Below are positions 58,260-64,000 of a stretch of DNA of 64,000 nucleotides, piece by piece; position 1 is the first letter of the stretch; every line of letters begins with the position of its first letter. Source of the DNA: an uncultured Chloroflexia bacterium (GTDB lineage: Bacteria; Chloroflexota; Dehalococcoidia; GIF9; UBA5629); contig CAVWAG010000008.1 in the NCBI GenBank assembly GCA_963752975.1, positions 98,824 to 162,823 on the forward strand, in the 5' to 3' direction. The position numbers and the translations under genes are program-made. The notes beneath the pieces are model-generated. The model did no database searches. It saw only the letters and a list, made by a program, of their open reading frames with translations, and had not been told where the DNA came from.

Positions 58260-58915
58260 GAGAACTGGAAATAAGCGCTAAGACGGTTGAAGAAGCAACC
58301 AGGATCGCGCTGGAGCAACTTGGTGTTGCACGGGACGACCTCGAGATAATCGTGTTGAAAAAAGGCAAGTCCGGCGTATTGGGTGTGGGTGCAGAGGATG
58401 CCAGGATTAAAGTGATCCTGGAAGATGACTATAATCGGGCAGCCGGTGCAGAGAACGGCGAGGCTGATACCGCCAGGCAGGTTTTATGCGACATATTACG
58501 TGTCATGGGCATCGGCGCGACTGTAGAGGTTACCATGGCTCCTGATATAAATACACCGGTCATACTCAATATTGAAGGCGATGACCTCGGTGTTTTGATC
58601 GGCCGCAGGGGACAGGCCCTATCGTCCCTGCAATACTTGGTCAGGCTGATTGTCGCTGAGAAGCTCAAGAAATGGGTGTCGATAAATGTGGATGTCGATT
58701 GGTACAAGAAACGCCACTATGAGGCTTTGAAGAAGCTCGCGCTTCGCTTGGCTGAACAGGTTGCTAGGAGGAAACGTCCGGTTACCATGGAACCCATGCC
58801 CCCGGATGAAAGAAGGATAATTCACATAACCCTGGCCAATCATTCGGACGTTAATACACAGAGCACTGGTGATGGTGATGGACGCTGTGTGGTGATTCAG
58901 CCCGGGAAGCGCTAA
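58256..58915 (+). CDS. khpB: Jag/KhpB RNA-binding protein (Jag_N, KH, R3H)
   Basis: The 219-aa ORF has a KH GxxG motif (IGRRGQALSSLQYL) and an R3H domain (..MEPMPPDERRIIHITL..). It overlaps the yidC stop by 4 nt. Confidence 0.85.
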   Translation: MRELEISAKTVEEATRIALEQLGVARDDLEIIVLKKGKSGVLGVGAEDARIKVILEDDYNRAAGAENGEADTARQVLCDILRVMGIGATVEVTMAPDINTPVILNIEGDDLGVLIGRRGQALSSLQYLVRLIVAEKLKKWVSINVDVDWYKKRHYEALKKLALRLAEQVARRKRPVTMEPMPPDERRIIHITLANHSDVNTQSTGDGDGRCVVIQPGKR

Positions 58916-58917
58916 AC

Positions 58918-61900
58918 ATGTTCCAGCCTGTTAACAGCAAAGTCAGTTTTCCCGAAATTGAAAGGAAAATACTCGAATTCTGGCGTGCTAACCGCATCTT
59001 TGAAAAAAGCATTGAAGCCAGGAGTTCTTCCCCCAAATACATTTTTTACGAGGGGCCGCCCACTGCCAATGGTAACCCCGGCATACATCACGTGTTGTCG
59101 AGGGTTTTCAAGGACGTTATTCCGCGCTATAAGACAATGAAAGGGTTTTGTGTGCCCAGGAAGGCCGGTTGGGATACTCACGGGTTACCGGTGGAACTCG
59201 AGGTCGAAAAGCAACTGGGATTCACCGGTAAAGCGCAGATTGAAAGTTACGGCGTGGCAAAATTTAATGCACTCTGCCGTGAAAGCGTTTTCAAATATCT
59301 CAAGCAATGGGATTCCCTCACGGAGAGGATTGCCTTTTGGGTCGATATCGACCATCCGTACGTGACCTTAGATAATTCATATATTGAATCCTGCTGGTGG
59401 GCTATCAAACAATTGTGGGACAAGGGGTTAATATATCAGGGATATAAAGTCACCCCCCATTGCCCCAGGTGCGGGACGTCACTAAGCTCGCACGAAGTTG
59501 CGCTTGGATATAAGGATGATACAGTCGACCCATCGGTCTATATTAAGTTTCAGATAAAGGCGCTTCCTGCGGAAATTGCCGGGGGAAAATCGCCGGGCTT
59601 TTCTCTAAGCAAAGCTGTTTCAGAGGGCAAGGCCTATTTTCTGGCCTGGACGACGACGCCCTGGACGTTGCCCGGCAACACGTCGCTCGCCCTGGCTGCG
59701 GATGCCGACTATGCCGTGATAGAGTACCAGGGTGACTTCCTGGTATTTGCCAGTGCTTTGATGGAGCAAGCCGGGCTTGGGGATAGGCCTGTGTTGAAAA
59801 CCATCAAAGGCAGCCAATTGGCCGGGTCCCTGTATATTCCACTTTTCAATCCGCATGAGTTCAACGTAGAGCGGAAACGTGCCCGTGAGGGACAGCAGGG
59901 GCAATTCGATATCCAGGAACCCGATGCTCACCTGACCTATAAAGTAATTACTGCTGATTTCGTATCCATGGAAGATGGGACGGGCATCGTCCATATAGCG
60001 CCTGCCTTCGGTGAGGTGGATTTCCTGGCGGGTCTTGAGCATAACCTGGACTTCGTTCAGCAGGTTGATCTCAGCGGTAATATAACCGGTACATATCCGT
60101 TCTCGGGGAAATTTGTTAAGGCAGCGGACCCTGAGGTGCTTGCAGATTTAGAGAGGAGGGGTTTGCTGCATAAAAGCGGTAAGATTACCCATACCTATCC
60201 TTTCTGCTGGCGGTGTGATGCGCCGCTGGTTTACTACGCCAAGAAGACATGGTATATCAGGACTTCCGCCAAAAAGGACGAAATGATCGCAGGGAACCGG
60301 CAGATCAACTGGTATCCCGAACACATAAAGGAAGGCCGTTTTGGTGATTGGCTGCAGAATAACGTGGATTGGGCTTTTTCAAGGGAGAGATACTGGGGCA
60401 CACCGCTAAATATCTGGAATTGCGAAAACTGCAATCACTTTGAGTGCCTGGGTGGTTTAGCCGAGATAAAGGCCAGGAAGGGGTTAAAGGGATTTGCCGG
60501 GGATATGGACCTGCACCGTCCCTACGTTGATGATATTAGCTACGATTGCCCGGAGTGCGGCGGAAAGATGGCACGCCAGACTGAGGTTATAGACTGCTGG
60601 TTCGATTCGGGCGCCATGCCTTTTGCCCAGTGGCATTATCCGTTTGAGAATGACAGCAAATTCAAAGAAAGCTTTCCGGCGGATTATATATCGGAAGCAG
60701 TCGACCAGACCAGGGGTTGGTTCTATAGCCTGCATGCCATATCGACCCTGGTATTCGGGCAGCCTTGTTATAAGAATGTGATCTGCCTGGGACATATCCT
60801 GGATGCCCAGGGTGAGAAAATGAGCAAGACCCGCGGTAACGTGGTTGATCCCTGGACAGTCCTGGATTCTTCCGGCGCAGACGCGCTCAGGTGGTATATG
60901 TTTACCTCGGGGCCTCCCGGTAATGTGCGCCGCATGTCACCCGATATGGTTGTCGAAGTAATGCGTAATTTCCTCATGACCCTCTGGAATACCTATTCTT
61001 TTTTTGTTATATATGCCAATATCGATAATTTTATCCCCGGTACTCAACCGGTTTCGTTGACTTCAGAACTCGACAAATGGTTGATGTCAAGGTTAAATCA
61101 ATTAGTCATGGATGTGGATGAACAGCTGGATAATTATGATCCGACTACGGCAGGACGTAAGATCGAGAATTTCGTCAACGACCTTTCCAACTGGTATGTG
61201 AGGCGCAGCAGGAGGCGTTTCTGGAAGAGTCAGAACGATGACGATAAGCTGTCCGCGTACAATTGTCTTTATCAAACGCTGGTGACCCTTTCAAAATTGC
61301 TGGCGCCGTTCATCCCGTTTGTTGCCGATGAGATGTATCAAAACCTGGTGCGGAGCGTGGACAGCAAAGCGCCGGAAAGCGTGCATCTTGTCTCATTCCC
61401 CGTAGCCGACAGGGATTTAATTAACGCAGGTATCATCGAAGATACAGAGTTGGCGATGAAAGTCTGCAGCATGGGGCGGGCAGCCAGGTCCAAGAGCGCC
61501 GTAAAGGTCAGGCAACCGCTTCCCAGGGTGGTAATCAAAGCCAGGTCGTCGCATGAACAGGGAGCCGTTGAAGAATCTGTGTTCTCAAATCCTTGATGAA
61601 TTGAATGTAAAAGATATCGAATTCACCTCTGAAGAAATGAAAGAAGGTAAGGCGATGTCTGTTGCAGTTGACGGAGATTACCAGGTGGGCGTGGTGACAG
61701 AGATAACTCCCGAATTGTTGCAGGAAGGCCTTGCCAGGGAAATAGTCAGGCGCATTCAGACTATGAGACGGTCGGCTGGACTGGAGATCGCGGACCATAT
61801 CACTACCAATTATCTGGGCAGTGACCAGGTAGCAGCCGTGATGGCGGCATTCGCGGATTATATCCAGCAGGAGACATTGTCGGTTGCATTGTTAAAGGGA

Positions 61901-62011
61901 ATCCCCGCAGAGGTTGCCCGCACAGAAAAATTTAAACTCTCGGGTATTGAGGTAACACTGGCTATCCGCAAACAGGACGCCTTAGAAACGCTGGTCTCAC
62001 CGGTCTCGTGA
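58918..62011 (+). pseudogene. ileS: Isoleucine--tRNA ligase, single frameshift near 61545-61560 (fragments 58918-61596 and 61553-62011)
   Basis: The HIGH motif reads PPTANGNPGIHHVLSR and KMSKS reads GEKMSKTRGN. The first fragment ends ..VVIKARSSHEQGAVEESVFSNP*. The neighbouring frame continues ..REPLKNLCSQILDELNVKDIEF..LAREIVRRIQTMRRSAGLEI.., the conserved IleS C-terminus. The span is 3094 nt. Confidence 0.9.
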
Positions 62012-62017
62012 CCATGG

Positions 62018-63166
62018 CTATTTTGGCGGCGGGCTGGTGGTAAGCCGGGCAGACGTGGTTAAGGTATTTTTCCCCCGCATGAATGTAATGGTCACCTCCT
62101 CGCCTATTTTAGAGTTTCGCAGTTCACGAAGTAATTCCGAGGCGGTGCTGATATCCTTGTTTTGGTATTTTAAGATCACGTCAAACGCCTCAGGCCCGCA
62201 TCTGCGGCCGGGCTGCCCGGCTGCACTACTGTGATAACCGCCCCGCGGTTGACCGGCAGGTTATTATAATAAGCCACATAATCATTGACAGTATAAAGCT
62301 CTACACCCAGGAATGGACGGGTTACATAACCTTTATTAATGAGCTCTTGCAAGATCGGCAAGCGCCGAATTTATACTGATGGCATAGCCCATGCCTTCCA
62401 CTCCGACTTCGGCGATCTTGGCGCTGGTGATGCCTATCACCTCTCCTTTCATATTAAGCAGCGGGCCTCCGCTGTTGCCCGGGTTGATGGCGGCAGAGGT
62501 TTCGATCAGGTCGTGCAGCGATTCCTCTTCCTGGTCTACAGATAGCGAAACTTTAAGCCCGCTGACGGTGCCTTCCTTGGCTTTGATGCCGTTGCCCAGG
62601 GGATTGCCTATAGCGACAACCCAATCGCCTACTCTCAGCCTGGAAGAGTCGCCCACCGCGGCCTGGGGCAGGTTAGCCAGGTCCACTTTGATGATGGCAA
62701 GGTCGGTGAGTGGATCGCGGAAGATATTGGACGGGTTGGCACTCATAGGTCCTGCCGTCGGCGAACTGCACCACAATTTTATTTGCTCCTTCGACCACGT
62801 GGTTGTTGGTGACGATGATGCCCTTTTTATCCAGTATCCAGCCGGAGCCTGCGCCGGACTGTTTAAATTCCTGTTGAACATATCGTTAACAATCTGCTCG
62901 GTATTATTGTAACCACCGAAGGATTACTCTAGTTCTACAACATCGGCAATATCAGGTAGAGCAATATTGGAGGAGTCGGCAGCGGGGGCTTTCCAGCCAG
63001 GATCGACCGGCGTGACAGAGCCCGGCACGGTCTGCGCTGTTTGCAATGTTTGCGTTACCGGCGGTGTGCCCGGTGGTAAGGTTGAAGAAGACTGAATTCA
63101 AAATAGCAGCCGCTGCTCAATATTATGATAGGACAGGGCAATAAAGCCGACAATTAATTTTCTCAT
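62018..63166 (-). pseudogene. htrA: HtrA/DegP-family serine protease with PDZ domain, at least 7 frameshifts
   Basis: Manual three-frame reading from the ATG at 63166 gives MRKLIVGFIAL / ..IIILSSGCYFE / ..TLPPGTPPVTQT..IADVVE / SNPSVVTII / TEQIVNDMFNRN / FKQSGAGSGWILDKKGIIVTNNHVVEGANKIVVQFADGRTYE / ANPSNIFRDPLTDLAIIKV..AIGNPLG..AINPGNSGGPLLNMKGEVIGITSAKI..ISINSAL / PILQELINKGYVTRPFLGV..GSPAADAGL / FDVILKYQNKDI..TITFMRGKNTLT..*. The catalytic His (NNHV), Asp (DLAI) and Ser (GNSGGP) contexts are all present. Confidence 0.8.
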
Positions 63167-63263
63167 ATTAAATAACCTGTTTATCTAAATGTGCAGGGAT
63201 TGTAGCATAAGGTATTTTAGCGGGCAAAGATGAGACGAAATAATAAACGGAGGCGGTGAAGTA

Positions 63264-63297
63264 TGGAGCGGCGGGGTATCAATACCCCGCCGCTCCA
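63264..63297 (-). terminator. Strong GC-rich hairpin downstream of trpB2 (no clear U-tract)
   Basis: TGGAGCGGCGGGGTAT pairs with ATACCCCGCCGCTCCA in a 16-bp perfect inverted repeat, 8 nt after the trpB2 stop. Confidence 0.5.
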
Positions 63298-63305
63298 CAT
63301 GTTGA

Positions 63306-64000
63306 TTACTTGGGTGCTACATAATCGATCTTGGGAAGCTGCGCCAGTGACTGTTTCACCTTGGCTTCGTCGTAGGCGTCGGCCTCCAGCTTGCCGGAGA
63401 GGAACTGGTCGTAGGCGCTCAGGTCGAAATGGCCGTGTCCGCTGAGTCCCAGGACGATGACCTTCTTCTGCCCGGACTCCTTGCATTTGAGGGCTTCGTC
63501 GATCACCACCTTGATGGCATGGGCTGGTTCGGGGGCCGGGATAATGCCCTCGGTGCGGGCGAATTGGATGGCACTCTCGAATGTGGATTTCTGGTTTACC
63601 GCCCTGGCATCGATCAGCTTAAGCTTGTTCAGGTGGGACACCAGGGGCGACATGCCGTGGTAGCGCAGCCCACCTGCATGGATGGGAGACGGGATGAATG
63701 AATGGCCAAGCGTGTACATCATGACAATCGGGGCCATGCCCGCCACATCGCCTAAGTCCCAGGCCAGCGGTCCCTTGGTCATGCTGGGACAGGCGGTGGG
63801 CTCGACCGCGATGATATCTATCTTCTTGCCTTTCATCTTGTCCTTTACGAAGGGGACGGCCAACCCGCCGAAGTTGCTGCCGCCGCCCACGCAGCCGATG
63901 ACGATGTCGGCTTCGACGTCGGCCATTTCCAGCTGCTTCTTGGTCTCGAGGCCGATGATGGATTGGTGGAGGATGACGTGGTTCAGCACGCTGCCCAGGG
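63306..64000 (-). CDS. trpB: Tryptophan synthase beta chain, TrpB2-type (5' part lies outside the window)
   Basis: The sequence reads ..[67 protein letters not shown]... The reading frame is open to the window edge. Confidence 0.85.
   Translation of the reverse strand, partial: LGSVLNHVILHQSIIGLETKKQLEMADVEADIVIGCVGGGSNFGGLAVPFVKDKMKGKKIDIIAVEPTACPSMTKGPLAWDLGDVAGMAPIVMMYTLGHSFIPSPIHAGGLRYHGMSPLVSHLNKLKLIDARAVNQKSTFESAIQFARTEGIIPAPEPAHAIKVVIDEALKCKESGQKKVIVLGLSGHGHFDLSAYDQFLSGKLEADAYDEAKVKQSLAQLPKIDYVAPK

Noticed and set aside
58800-58930. Looked for a T-box leader upstream of ileS, which I recall being reported for ileS in some Chloroflexota and Firmicutes.
   Set aside because: The ileS ATG lies 2 nt after the jag stop, which leaves no room for a leader of about 200 nt. 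ileS is apparently co-transcribed with yidC-jag.
1-64000. Searched by eye for CRISPR arrays, tRNA/rRNA genes, transposases, integrases, toxin-antitoxin pairs and known anti-phage systems.
   Set aside because: I saw no regularly spaced direct repeats and no T-loop/acceptor-stem candidates in the intergenic regions. No ORF carries DDE, tyrosine-recombinase or serine-recombinase motifs. The only SMC-like ATPase (sbcC) has canonical SbcC features rather than those of Lamassu- or Wadjet-type proteins. A computational scan (tRNAscan-SE, Infernal/Rfam, DefenseFinder/PADLOC) is still needed to be certain.
1-64000. Considered programmed ribosomal frameshifting or an alternative genetic code as an explanation for the many split genes.
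   Set aside because: The breaks are frame changes, not in-frame stops. They lack a shared slippery heptamer or a downstream structure. They occur in unrelated genes in both directions (+1 and -1), and they cluster spatially. This pattern fits random indels rather than recoding.

Overview
This 64 kb chromosomal window comes from a moderately GC-rich bacterium. Gene content (DUF5679, TrpB2, ADP-forming acyl-CoA synthetases, frequent TTG/GTG starts) suggests an uncultured Chloroflexota-like lineage, but that assignment is low confidence. Most of the window is core housekeeping: recN; a phoB/phoR-pstSCAB-phoU phosphate regulon block; ffh; dgt-like-dnaG-rpoD; ychF; rpsF-ssb-rpsR; rpmH-rnpA-yidD-(beta-propeller lipoprotein)-yidC-jag-ileS; htrA; and trpB2. 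Three blocks look accessory. The first is a membrane-anchored GH79-like hydrolase next to a 1002-aa surface protein (21.2-26.0 kb). The second is a paralog-rich metabolic island (26.0-37.3 kb) holding two tandem GNAT/ADP-forming acyl-CoA synthetase fusions, a 46-aa DUF5679 zinc-ribbon gene missing from the ORF track, three nitronate-monooxygenase-family paralogs and a stand-alone ACD-alpha-like gene. The third is a six-gene minus-strand array (38.9-46.6 kb): sbcC without sbcD, LOG, a beta-CASP nuclease, a CelD/Fem-like acyltransferase, GT4 and a PIG-L deacetylase. I found no rRNA, tRNA, CRISPR array, transposase, integrase or recognisable phage-defence system. The dominant sequence-level signal is about 30 frameshifts. 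Some hit essential genes (rpmH, ileS), and they cluster at 1-4850 and 62018-63166. Peptide conservation stays intact in every shifted frame, which looks more like assembly or consensus indel error than real gene decay. No single locus is a clear-cut new system. The best candidates for follow-up are the catalytically degenerate MGS-like gene behind Pho-box-like repeats, the GNAT-ACD paralog pair with a His-to-Gln active-site change, the sbcC/LOG/beta-CASP array, the GT4/PIG-L/CelD-like module, and the BamB-like lipoprotein inside the yidC cluster.
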